Of a stretch of 64,000 bases of DNA, positions 8,205 through 17,051 are shown piece by piece. The notes below the pieces were generated by a model. The model was given only the letters and a program-made list of their open reading frames with translations. It made no database searches and was not told where the DNA came from. This stretch comes from Planctomycetota bacterium (GTDB taxonomy: Bacteria > Planctomycetota > UBA1135 > GCA-002686595), in the NCBI GenBank assembly GCA_020853575.1, contig JADYYP010000002.1:11983-75982 (forward strand). Reading direction: 5' to 3'. The position numbers and the translations under genes are program-made. Numbering within the stretch: the first letter of the stretch is position 1; each line of letters begins with the position of its first letter.

Positions 8205-9425
8205 ATGGTTCACCACATCGCCAAGCTCCTGACCCGACGACCGGCGCTCGCCGCGCTGTTCGTCGTCGTCGCCGGGCTCGCGGTGTGGGCGCAGGCCGGC
8301 GGCATCGAGGAGGCGCGCAAGCGTTGGCGCGACCTGCCCGAGGAACGGCGGCGCGAGATCGCCGAGCGCTACGAGAACTGGCGCAAGCTGTCGCCGGACG
8401 AGCGCGAGCGTCTGCGCGAGCGTTGGCGCACTTTCGAGGACCTGCGCCGCGGCGCGCAGCAAGCGCTGCCCGATCACGTGCGCGGCGACTTGTCCAAGCT
8501 CCCGCCGCACGAGCAACGTCAGGCGCTGTCGAGCATGACGCTGGAGCAGATCAGCGAGCGCGGACGCTCGGTGCTCGACCGTTTGCCGCGCGAATGGCGC
8601 GAGCGCGTCGAGCACGCGTCGCCGGAGCAGCGCCGCGAGATGTTCCAGTCGTTCAAGAGCTCGATGCACGAGAAGGTGCTGGCGCGCTTGGATGAGGCCG
8701 TGCGCGAGGGTCGCATCGAGGCCGACGAGGCCCAACGCTTGCGCAAGGCCGACCCGTGCGAGCTCGGCCGACGTCTGGTCGAGCTCGAAGCCCATGGCTT
8801 CCGCGATCTCGTCGAGCACCGCGGGCTCCCGGCCTACGTCAGCGCCGAGCAGTGGCAGGCCTGGAAGGAGCTGCCGCCGTCGGAGATGTGGCGCCGCTTC
8901 CACGATGCCAAGCGCTCCTGCGAGCCGCGCGAGGGCCACCGCGACGACCACGGCCCACGCGGCGAGCGCGGACCGAGCGACGAACGCGTGCATCGCTTGC
9001 GCGAGTGCATGAAGCCCGAACCGAGTTGGTATCTCGAGACCGTTGGCGGCTCGCGCGAGGCGCAGTTCGAAGCGCTCGGCGCGCGCATCCGCGAACGCTT
9101 GCTCGAGAAGCTGGCCGAGACGCCCGACTTGGTCGACAGCGAAACCCTGGCCAAGCTGCGGCAACTCGAGGGGCGCGAGTTCTTCGAGGCACTGTCGCGC
9201 GCGCTCCCCGAGTTGCAACCGCCCTGGACCACGGGCGGCCGTTGGCGGGGCGACAAAGGCAAGTCGTTCCAGCGCGGGCCGGGCGGCTTGCCGCCGGTCG
9301 AGGGCGACGGTCCGGGCAGTTCGCGGCCGCCAAAGGAGCGCGGCGGACACGAGCGCTCGGAGCCGACTGCGCCCAAGCCGAGCCAGACGCCGCAGGCCGG
9401 CGCTTCGGGCAGCGGCGCGCCGTGA
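8205..9425 (+). CDS. secreted Arg/Glu-rich helical repeat protein, DUF3106-like
   Basis: A signal anchor (PALAALFVVVAGLAVWAQA) is followed by repeated W-R/ER-rich units (RKRWRDLPEERRREIAERYENWRKLSPDERERLRERWRTFEDL). It is the third gene of the ECF operon. The family call is from memory of DUF3106 composition. Confidence 0.5.
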   Translation: MVHHIAKLLTRRPALAALFVVVAGLAVWAQAGGIEEARKRWRDLPEERRREIAERYENWRKLSPDERERLRERWRTFEDLRRGAQQALPDHVRGDLSKLPPHEQRQALSSMTLEQISERGRSVLDRLPREWRERVEHASPEQRREMFQSFKSSMHEKVLARLDEAVREGRIEADEAQRLRKADPCELGRRLVELEAHGFRDLVEHRGLPAYVSAEQWQAWKELPPSEMWRRFHDAKRSCEPREGHRDDHGPRGERGPSDERVHRLRECMKPEPSWYLETVGGSREAQFEALGARIRERLLEKLAETPDLVDSETLAKLRQLEGREFFEALSRALPELQPPWTTGGRWRGDKGKSFQRGPGGLPPVEGDGPGSSRPPKERGGHERSEPTAPKPSQTPQAGASGSGAP

Positions 9426-9587
9426 GTCGCTCGCTTCAGCGCCGCGGTCTGGCTCAGCTGACGTGACGCTGGCTTGCGCCGACGCTGTGCGGGTGAACGC
9501 TCCTTCACCTTTCGCGCAGCGCACGATCTGAACGGCTGCGTCGCGCGCGCGGGCGACACAGACGCTCCGCCAAGGCATGCTCTGCGC

Positions 9588-10715
9588 ATGCAGCAGTCGT
9601 CCGATCACACGCAGTGGGTTTGGGATCGTCGTCAGGCGCTCGCCATGGGCGCGGCGCTCGCCGGAACGTGCCTCGCCTCGAGTTGCGCGAGCCTCGAGCG
9701 CGCCGAGCGACCGTTGCGCGTGCTGGTGCTGGGTGGAACACGTTTCATCGGACCGTGCATCGTCGACGCGGCCTTGCGCCGCGGCCACGCGGTGACGCTC
9801 TTCAACCGCGGTCAGACCAATCCGGAGCTGTTCCCGCAGTGCGAGAAGCTGCGCGGCGACCGCGACGGCGACCAGCGTGCGCTCGAAGGCCGCGAGTTCG
9901 ACGTCGTGATCGACACCTGGACGGATGCACCGCGCCACGTGCGTTCGGCGGCCATGCTCCTGCGCGATCACGTCGCGCAGTACGTTTTCGTGAGCTCGCT
10001 CAACGCGGTCGCGGACCTGTCCAAGCCCGGTGTCGACGAGACGGCCGCGATGACCGCGCTCGAGCCGGAGCACGAGAACTCCACGGATGCGGCGCATTTC
10101 GGCGGACGCAAGGCGCGCTGTGAGCTGTTGCTCGCCGAGCTGATGCCGGGGCGGGCCACGGTCCTGCGTCCGGGCCTGATCGTCGGGCCGCGCGACGGCT
10201 CCGATCGCTTCACCTATTGGCCAGTGCGCGTCGCGCGCGGCGGCGAGGTGCTCGCGCCGGGCTCGGGCGACGATCCGACGCAGTTCATCGATGCCCGCGA
10301 TCTCGGCGAGTTCGTCGTGAAGCTGTGCGAGGAACGCGTCATGGGCCTGTTCCACGTCGTCGGTCCGCGCGAGCGCTTGACCATGCGCGAGCTGCTCGAA
10401 ACGTGCAGCGACGCGTGCGCCAGCGATGCGCGGCTGACGTGGGTCGACACACGCTTCCTGCTCGAGCGTCAAGTCGCGCCCTGGACCGATTTGCCGGCTT
10501 GGCTGCCGAGCCTCGAGGAAGGTCAGGGCTTCTGGACGCTGGACAACTCCAAGGCGCTCGCTGCCGGCCTGCGCTTTCGTCCACTGGAGCGCACCGTGCG
10601 CGACACGCTGGACTGGTGGAGCACGTTGCCCGCGGAGCGCCGTGCCGCGCTCAAGCGCGGTCTGACGCCAGAGCGCGAGCTCGAGCTGCTCGCCGCATGG
10701 CACGCGCGGGCTTGA
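9588..10715 (+). CDS. NAD(P)-dependent epimerase/dehydratase-family (SDR) protein with a Tat-like signal
   Basis: ORF 9474..10715 trimmed to MQQSSDHTQWVWDRRQALAMGAALAGTCLASSCAS, which has a twin-Arg and a lipobox-like Cys. A Rossmann motif VLVLGGTRFIGPCIV follows. Confidence 0.7.
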   Translation: MQQSSDHTQWVWDRRQALAMGAALAGTCLASSCASLERAERPLRVLVLGGTRFIGPCIVDAALRRGHAVTLFNRGQTNPELFPQCEKLRGDRDGDQRALEGREFDVVIDTWTDAPRHVRSAAMLLRDHVAQYVFVSSLNAVADLSKPGVDETAAMTALEPEHENSTDAAHFGGRKARCELLLAELMPGRATVLRPGLIVGPRDGSDRFTYWPVRVARGGEVLAPGSGDDPTQFIDARDLGEFVVKLCEERVMGLFHVVGPRERLTMRELLETCSDACASDARLTWVDTRFLLERQVAPWTDLPAWLPSLEEGQGFWTLDNSKALAAGLRFRPLERTVRDTLDWWSTLPAERRAALKRGLTPERELELLAAWHARA

Positions 10716-10721
10716 AGTCGC

Positions 10722-11318
10722 TCACGGCGTCCACAGCCACGCGACAGCGCCGAGCACGAGCAATCCGATCACGGTCACGACCAGGCCCGCGTTGCGGCGG
10801 CGCTTGATGTACAGCAGAAGCCACAGTCCCGTCAGCGCCGAGATCGCCATCACCACCGCGCTGACGTCGATCACCCAGGCCCAGGCCGTGCCGCTGTCGC
10901 GACCCTTGTGCAAGTCGTCGAGCACCGCCCAGGCGTTGAGGCGCAGCTCGCGCACGTCGGCATTCGAGCTGGCGCGGTCGATCTCGGCGTCCGCGGAGTA
11001 GCCCGGGCCCTTGAGCACCAGCGAGACGCGCTCGTCGTCGACGCGGAAGTCGTACACCTCGCCGTGCAGGCCGAGCTCCGTGCGCATCCATTGCGCCAGC
11101 ACCGCCTCGTCGGGCTCGCCGCCTTCGGGCAGCAACTCGCGCGGCACGGCGGCGCTCCAGCTCCGCTCGCGCTCGCCGCCATCCTCGAACCACGCCGCGT
11201 GGTTGAGCGTCAGTCCCGTGACCGCGAAGAACAAGAGTGTCGCGAAGCCGATCAGCGAGACGTAGGTGTGGAGCCAGCGCAGCACGCCGGCCCAGTGCCA
11301 TCGAGAGCGGGGAGCCAC
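10722..11318 (-). CDS. PepSY-associated TM helix protein
   Basis: 198 aa. An N-terminal helix (WLHTYVSLIGFATLLFFAVTGLTLNH) is followed by a soluble middle and two C-terminal helices (WVIDVSAVVMAISALTGLWLL, LVVTVIGLLVLGAVAWLW). It sits next to ApbE/DUF2271, as in the known conserved cluster. Confidence 0.6.
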   Translation of the reverse strand: MAPRSRWHWAGVLRWLHTYVSLIGFATLLFFAVTGLTLNHAAWFEDGGERERSWSAAVPRELLPEGGEPDEAVLAQWMRTELGLHGEVYDFRVDDERVSLVLKGPGYSADAEIDRASSNADVRELRLNAWAVLDDLHKGRDSGTAWAWVIDVSAVVMAISALTGLWLLLYIKRRRNAGLVVTVIGLLVLGAVAWLWTP

Positions 11319-11328
11319 GTCGCGCGTG

Positions 11329-12918
11329 CTACTTCTTCGGCGCCGGCAAGCGGAACGCCAGCGTCGCGCTCTTCACTTCGATGCCGTCGCCGGTCATCGC
11401 TTTGGAGAACTCGATTCCGTCGATGGCGAACTTCTGCGAGAGCAACTGATACGTGCCGTGCTCGCGCACCACCTCGAGGTACATCGAGTACGGTCCAGCG
11501 GGCACGGGCTGACCGAGGTCGTCGCGGCCATCCCACGTGAGCTCGTATTTCCCTGGCGCGCGCGTCGCTCGCGTCACGGCCTCGACATCGTCTTCGTGCT
11601 GCGCGTAGAGCTTGCTCCAGCGCCGCAGGTCGTCGATCCAGCGCGGCTTTTCGATCCAGAGGCACAGCGTGCGCACCGACTGACCGGCTTGGTTCTCGAT
11701 CCACACCGCGACGTAGGGTCGCCGATAGCCGCCCCCGCGCCGATCGCCGCCGCGCTCTCCTCCGCGTTCACGCCCGCGTTCGCCACCGCGCTCTCCTCCG
11801 CGCTCGGACTCGGGCGGCGGCTGCTGGATCTCGAACGCCAAGACGATCTGCCCCTCGCCCGGCAACACACTCGGTCCCTTGGAGGCAGCGTTGGCGCTGG
11901 CTCGCACGTATTTCGACCAAGCGGGGCTGGCGTGCTGTGCGCCCGCGGCGTCGACCACCATGCTGGCGGCTCCCGGAGTCTTGGCGACCAGCGCCAGTCC
12001 ATCCTCGGGTGAGAGCACGTTGAGGATCGTCGCCAGCGCGTCCGCGGTGACCGCGTCGGGTGCGATCACCGTTGCTTGGAGCACGCGCTCGACCGGCATG
12101 CCCGTGCGCGGATCGAGGATGTGCGAGTAGTGCTTGCCGCCGATATCGAAACCGCGCGCATAACCGCCGCTGGTGGCGACGGCCACGCCTTGGAGGTCGA
12201 GCTGGCAGAGCTTCTCGGCGTTGTCCGCGGGTTGGCGCGGATCGGCTACCGACACGCGCGAGCGGCTCGAGCCCGTGACGCGCAAGTCGCCGCCGATCTC
12301 GAGCAGCACATCGTGCGCGCCCGCGGCCTGGGCCGCCGCGACGGCGCGGTCGATGATGAAGCCCTTGGCGAGCGCGTCGAACGACAGCGGCGTGTCGCTC
12401 GCAATGCGGACCGTGCCCGCCGCGTCGTCGATGGTCCAGAGCTCCACGGTGAGTTGCGCGCGCGCTGCCGCGAGCTCGCTCTCGCTGGGCACGCTTCCAC
12501 GCTTCTGCGCCTCGCCCCAGAGCTTGGTCAAGACCTCGACACCCGGGTGGAACGCGCCGCTCGACGCCGCGCGCCACGTGTCGCAGGCGTGCATCACCGC
12601 GCGCAGGTCCGCGGAGGCCGGCGTCGGCGGACAAGGCTTGGGCAATTTCCGCAGCTCGCTCTTCGCGTCGTAGGTGCTGAGCACCTTGCGCAGGCGTTCG
12701 ATTTCGTCGAGCAGCTCGACCTTGGCCCGTTTGGCGATGTGCTCCTCGGCGCGCAGCTCGAGGTGCATCGAGGTGCCGAGGATGTTCTCGTGGTCGAAGC
12801 GCAGTGTGCGCGGCTCGCCCTGAGCGAACGCGGCGGGCAGCGACAGGGGACAAGCGGTCGCGAGAGCGACGCGCAGGAGTTGGAAACAGTGGGACATCCG
12901 CGCAGCAACCCTGGACAT
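11329..12918 (-). CDS. apbE: FAD:protein FMN transferase (ApbE) fused to a C-terminal DUF2271 domain
   Basis: 529 aa with a signal peptide (LATACPLSLPAAFAQG). ApbE motifs are present: ALAKGFIIDRAV, LLEIGGDLRV, VATSGGYARGFDIGGKHYSHILDPRTG, TADALATIL. A Gly/Arg/Glu linker (ERGGERGGERGRERGGERGGDRRGG) joins a DUF2271-like tail (YRRPYVAVWIENQAGQSVRTLCLWIEKPRWIDDLRRW...GKYELTWDGRDDLGQPVPAGPYSMYLEVVREHG). Confidence 0.8.
   Translation of the reverse strand: MSRVAARMSHCFQLLRVALATACPLSLPAAFAQGEPRTLRFDHENILGTSMHLELRAEEHIAKRAKVELLDEIERLRKVLSTYDAKSELRKLPKPCPPTPASADLRAVMHACDTWRAASSGAFHPGVEVLTKLWGEAQKRGSVPSESELAAARAQLTVELWTIDDAAGTVRIASDTPLSFDALAKGFIIDRAVAAAQAAGAHDVLLEIGGDLRVTGSSRSRVSVADPRQPADNAEKLCQLDLQGVAVATSGGYARGFDIGGKHYSHILDPRTGMPVERVLQATVIAPDAVTADALATILNVLSPEDGLALVAKTPGAASMVVDAAGAQHASPAWSKYVRASANAASKGPSVLPGEGQIVLAFEIQQPPPESERGGERGGERGRERGGERGGDRRGGGYRRPYVAVWIENQAGQSVRTLCLWIEKPRWIDDLRRWSKLYAQHEDDVEAVTRATRAPGKYELTWDGRDDLGQPVPAGPYSMYLEVVREHGTYQLLSQKFAIDGIEFSKAMTGDGIEVKSATLAFRLPAPKK
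11731..11812 (-). repeat. in-frame 36-bp tandem duplication encoding the (E/D)RGG linker of the ApbE-DUF2271 fusion
   Basis: The 17-mer CCGCGCTCTCCTCCGCG occurs at 11750-11766 and again at 11786-11802, a 36-bp period, inside a Gly/Arg/Glu low-complexity stretch. Confidence 0.7.
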
Positions 12919-12949
12919 GCCCGGGAGTTTCGCGGATTGCCGCGCGAGG

Positions 12950-15472
12950 TCAACCGCGCAGCGACTCGATCGGGCGGCTGGTGAGCGCGCGGGCGCTCGC
13001 CGCCAAGCCGCATGCGGCGCTGAGCAGCGCGACCGCCAGTGCCGTGGGCGCCAAAGCGATCCAGGGCAAGTCGGCGGGCGTCTCGACCACGAACTCGAGG
13101 AAAGCGTAGGCCAGCGCGAAGGCCGCGCACGCGCCGATCGTGCCCGCGACGAAGCCCACCAGCGCGAACTCGAGCCCGAGGAGTCTCACCACGCCCAAGC
13201 GCGTGAGCCCGAGCGTCTTCAAGAGCGCCACCTCGCGACCGCGGTGCACGGCGGACGAGCTCGCGACTCCCGCCAGGATCGTCAGGCCGGTCACGACCGT
13301 GAACAGCCCGAGCACGCGCACGCCCAGCGCCAGGCGCGAGAAGATCGCCAGCAGCTTTTCGAGGATGGGCCGGATGCGCACCGGCGAGACGTTGGGGAAG
13401 TCCGCGGCGAGCGCGCGTTGCAAGGCCAGCTCGCCCTCGGGTTCCAAGCGCGAGGCAGCGATGAGGAAGTGCGGCGCGGCGTCGAGCGCCCCCGGCTCCG
13501 CGACCAGGAAGAAGTTGATGCCGAAGCTCTCCCATTCGACGCTGCGCAGCGAAGTCACGGTGAGCTCGATCGGCACGCCTTGCACGTCGAAGGTCAGCAG
13601 GTCGCCCAGCCCGACGCCGAGATCCTCGGCGAATTTCTGCTCGAGGCTCAGCTCGAAGCACCGCGGATCGCTCCACAGCGCACCTTCGACGACGCGATTG
13701 TCCTTGGGGAGCTCGCGCATCCACGTCAGTCGCTGCTCGCGCGTCAGCACCCAGCGTTGGCGTCCGACACCTTCGTCGTCCGCGCGTCGTGCCGCGAGCT
13801 CCTTGACGTCGACGCCATTGATGGACGAGAGCCGTGCAGTCAGCACCGGCACGCTCTGCGTCGCCGTCGCGCCGAGCTCGACCAGCTTCGCGGCCACTCC
13901 ATCCCATTGATCGGGCTGCACGTCGACCAGGAACACGCTGGGCGCGTCCGCTGGCAATGCGCCGCGCAAGCGCGTCGCTAGCCGTTCGTCGATCAGCACC
14001 ATCGAAACCACGACGAGCACTCCCAGGCCCAGGGCCACGGTCGCTCCGATGACGCCCACTCCGGGGCGCGCGAGAGCGGCGATGCCATGGCGCAGGTAGG
14101 GATCGAGGCCCGTGCGCGGCACGCGCGCCGCGAGCATGGTCAGCGCCTTGGCCGAGCCCGCGAGCACCAGCGCGAGCACGGCCAGTCCGCCGGTGAAGCT
14201 CGCGGCCAGCGCGAGCTGCTGCGCCTGGGTCCAGGCCGCCGCGAATACGCCGACGATCAGCACGAGGAGCGCACACACCGTCACCGAGCGCGGCGCCGGC
14301 AGCGGCTCGACAGTGCTGCGCAAGACGCGCACGGGAGCGACGCGCCAAATCGCGGTCAACGGCGGGAGGCTGAAGATCAACGCGACACCGAGTCCCAGGC
14401 CGAGGCCCTGCAGCAGCGGGCCGAGCTCCCACGCCACCGTGTGGCCCTTGGGGATCAGCTCCGGCGCCGCGACGACCACCGCGAAGGGCAACAGCGAGCC
14501 CGCAAGCGCGCCGATCATGCTGCCCGCGAGCGCGAGCAACGCGACGTTGCCCAAGTACATCGCGAGCACGTCGCGCGGTCGGAACCCGATCACGCGCAGC
14601 ACCGCTACGCTCTGCGTGCGCGCGGAGATCCAGGCGCGCACGATCTGCGCCACGCCGGTGCCGCCCAGGATCAGCGACAGCAGCGCGACCAGGCCGAGAA
14701 AGTTGGCAAAGCGCTCGATCGAGCGACGCACGGTGGGCTGCGCATCGCCGTGCGACTCGACGCGCAGGTAGGCCGCGTCGGCGTACTCCTCCGTGATGCG
14801 TCGCTTCGCGCGTTGCGTCCAGTCCTCGCGCGTTCCCTCGGGCAGACGGTAGAGCGCGCGGTAGCGGATGCGACTGCCGAAGGTCTCGAGCTTGGTGCGC
14901 GCCAGTCCTTCGAGACTCACGAACACGCGCGGTCCGAGCGTGAACGCGATGTCCAGCCGCCCCGGCTCGTCGACGACCGCCGCGGCGATGCTGAACTCTT
15001 GGCCTCCGATGCGGAGCGTGTCGCCGAGCGCGAGCCCGACTTCGCCCATGAAGTCGCGCGACACGGCGCAGGTGAGCGGCGTCAGCAGCTCGCCCAAGCG
15101 CGCCCGCGGCTCGAGCGTGACCTGACCGTAGAACGGGAACGATGGCGCCACGGCCTTGAGCTCGACGAGCCGCGACACCTCCGCATGGCTGGCCAGCGTG
15201 GTCAACTCGCGCACGTCGGAGCGCTCTCCGCCTCCGGGCAGCAGGAAGCCGTCGATTTCAGCCGGGATCGCGCGCCGCGAGTCGACCGACACGTCGGCTC
15301 CGAGCAGCTCGCGCGACTGCGCTCGCAACGCGCTCTCGATCGAGGCCACCAGCGCCGCGACGCCCGTGACGGCGGCGACGCCGAGCGCGAGGCACAGCAC
15401 GAAGAACACCAGCCGTCCGCGGGCTCCGCGCGACTCGCGCACTGCCCCGCTGAGCACCATCCCGAACCTCAT
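12950..15472 (-). CDS. ABC transporter permease, FtsX/YbbP-like (two FtsX domains)
   Basis: ORF 12950..17425 trimmed to MRFGMVLSGAVRESRGARGRLVFFVLCLALGVAAV (CAT 15470-15472). That start overlaps the ATPase stop (ATGA). The product is 840 aa with about 10 TM helices. The remaining 650 upstream codons overlap the ATPase and tesA-like genes out of frame. Confidence 0.8.
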   Translation of the reverse strand: MRFGMVLSGAVRESRGARGRLVFFVLCLALGVAAVTGVAALVASIESALRAQSRELLGADVSVDSRRAIPAEIDGFLLPGGGERSDVRELTTLASHAEVSRLVELKAVAPSFPFYGQVTLEPRARLGELLTPLTCAVSRDFMGEVGLALGDTLRIGGQEFSIAAAVVDEPGRLDIAFTLGPRVFVSLEGLARTKLETFGSRIRYRALYRLPEGTREDWTQRAKRRITEEYADAAYLRVESHGDAQPTVRRSIERFANFLGLVALLSLILGGTGVAQIVRAWISARTQSVAVLRVIGFRPRDVLAMYLGNVALLALAGSMIGALAGSLLPFAVVVAAPELIPKGHTVAWELGPLLQGLGLGLGVALIFSLPPLTAIWRVAPVRVLRSTVEPLPAPRSVTVCALLVLIVGVFAAAWTQAQQLALAASFTGGLAVLALVLAGSAKALTMLAARVPRTGLDPYLRHGIAALARPGVGVIGATVALGLGVLVVVSMVLIDERLATRLRGALPADAPSVFLVDVQPDQWDGVAAKLVELGATATQSVPVLTARLSSINGVDVKELAARRADDEGVGRQRWVLTREQRLTWMRELPKDNRVVEGALWSDPRCFELSLEQKFAEDLGVGLGDLLTFDVQGVPIELTVTSLRSVEWESFGINFFLVAEPGALDAAPHFLIAASRLEPEGELALQRALAADFPNVSPVRIRPILEKLLAIFSRLALGVRVLGLFTVVTGLTILAGVASSSAVHRGREVALLKTLGLTRLGVVRLLGLEFALVGFVAGTIGACAAFALAYAFLEFVVETPADLPWIALAPTALAVALLSAACGLAASARALTSRPIESLRG

Positions 15473-16164
15473 GCGCCCGCACCTTGCTCGATGCGTTCGA
15501 CGAGGCCCGCGCGCAGGTGGATGCGGCGCCCCGCGAGCCGCGCGACCTCGCGGTCGTGCGTGACGAGCACCAAGGTCGTGCCTTCGCGCTCGCGCAAGCC
15601 GGCGAGCAGCTCGAGCACGCGCGCGCCAGTCGCCGCGTCGAGATTGCCGGTCGGCTCGTCGGCGAACAGCACCGGAGGCCGCGGACCGAAGGCGCGCGCC
15701 AGCGCGACGCGTTGCTGTTCGCCACCGGAGAGTTGAGCGGGGTAGTGGTGCGTGCGCTCGCCCAGGCCGACCTGCTCGAGCAGCTCGCGGGCGCGCTCGC
15801 GGGCTCCGCCGACGCCGGCCAGCTCCAACGGCAAGAGCACGTTTTCCAGCGCGGTCAGGTTGCCGAGCAACTGGAACGACTGGAACACGAAGCCGACCTT
15901 GCGGCGCCGCAGCAGGCTGAGGGCGTCCTCGGACAGATCGTCGATGCGCTGACCATCGATCAGCACCTGGCCCGAACTCGGGCGATCGAGCCCCGCGAGC
16001 AACCCGAGCAGCGTCGATTTGCCGCTGCCGGACGGTCCGAGGATCGCCACGAACTCCTCCGCAGCGACCGCGAAGCTCACGCGCTCGAGCACCACGAGCT
16101 CGTGCCCACCCGACGGCAGACGCTTGCTCAGGTCGTGGCACTCCAGTCGCGCAGTGGTGTTCAT
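15469..16164 (-). CDS. ABC transporter ATP-binding protein (YbbA/LolD-like)
   Basis: Walker A is GPSGSGKST, the signature is LSGGEQQRVALARA, and Walker B is VLFADEPTGNLD. The start is set at MNTTARLE (CAT 16162-16164). Confidence 0.9.
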   Translation of the reverse strand: MNTTARLECHDLSKRLPSGGHELVVLERVSFAVAAEEFVAILGPSGSGKSTLLGLLAGLDRPSSGQVLIDGQRIDDLSEDALSLLRRRKVGFVFQSFQLLGNLTALENVLLPLELAGVGGARERARELLEQVGLGERTHHYPAQLSGGEQQRVALARAFGPRPPVLFADEPTGNLDAATGARVLELLAGLREREGTTLVLVTHDREVARLAGRRIHLRAGLVERIEQGAGA

Positions 16165-16279
16165 GGTGCACACCGTAAACCACCGCGCGCGATGCTTCAC
16201 CGTCGCGGATGACCGAGCTCGCTGCGGCGCGCGACGGTCTGGACGAGTTGGACGTCGCCGCGAGCGCTAGACTGCGCGC

Positions 16280-16993
16280 ATGCTGCGTTGGGTTCGTGCG
16301 TTGGGGCTCGCGGTCGCGCTGGCGGCCTGCGCGCGGGACGAGGAAGCCAGACCGCGCTCGACCTGGGGCGATGGAGCTTCGCGCGTCGCGCAGGGGCAAG
16401 TCAGCGAGGATGGCGCCGCACCGACGATTCCGGCCGATGCGCCGTTGGTCGCATTCCTCGGCGACAGCATCTCGGCGGGTCTGCACCTGTCGGGCGACGA
16501 GGCCTTTCCCGCGGTGTTGCAGCGCAAGCTCGCCGCCGAAGGTCAACCGTTCCAGTTGATCAACGCAGGCGTGAGCGGGGACACGACCGCTGGCGGCTTG
16601 CGGCGGCTCGAATGGCTCTTGGCGCGCGCACCCGATGTCGTCGTGGTCGAGCTCGGCGGCAACGACGGACTGCGCGGGCAAGATCTGGCGGCCGTCGAGC
16701 GCAACCTGCGCGCGATCGTCGAAACGATCCGAGCCAAGGGTGCGCGCGCGCTGTTGCTCGAGATGAAGTTGCCTCCGAGCCTCGGCGCCGAGTACACCGG
16801 GCGGTTCGAAGCGCTCTATGCGCGCGTCGCCGCCGAGGCGGACGTACCGCTGGTCACCGATTTCCTCGCGGGTGTCGGCGGCGTGCCGGCGATGAACCTC
16901 GAGGACGGACTGCACCCCACGGCCGAGGGCCACCGGCGTTTGGCGGCGAACGTCGCGCCGCAGCTCTCGGAGCTGCTGCGCAAGGAACCTTGA
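16280..16993 (+). CDS. SGNH/GDSL hydrolase, TesA-like arylesterase/lysophospholipase (lipoprotein)
   Basis: A lipobox is present (LAVALAACA). The SGNH blocks are FLGDSISAG (block I), NAGVSGDT (II), ELGGNDG (III) and DGLHPT (V). It is divergent from the ybbA/ybbP-like pair, as in E. coli. Confidence 0.85.
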   Translation: MLRWVRALGLAVALAACARDEEARPRSTWGDGASRVAQGQVSEDGAAPTIPADAPLVAFLGDSISAGLHLSGDEAFPAVLQRKLAAEGQPFQLINAGVSGDTTAGGLRRLEWLLARAPDVVVVELGGNDGLRGQDLAAVERNLRAIVETIRAKGARALLLEMKLPPSLGAEYTGRFEALYARVAAEADVPLVTDFLAGVGGVPAMNLEDGLHPTAEGHRRLAANVAPQLSELLRKEP

Positions 16994-17051
16994 GCCGCGG
17001 CGCGGCGCTGCGATCGCGGCACAGCGTTGCGCATGTCCAGACGTCCGGCCC

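Noticed and set aside
6552-10703. 1383-aa reverse-strand ORF. Similar very long ORFs occur at 3557..5374(-), 17543..20530(-), 38716..41928(-), 59557..61623(-) upstream part, 55336..57018(-) and 27863..29908(+).
   Set aside because: These are Arg/Ala/Gly/Pro-rich translations with no hydrophobic-core periodicity. Each lies antisense or out of frame to ORFs with clear family motifs. They are the classic shadow ORFs of ~70% GC DNA, where stop codons are rare.
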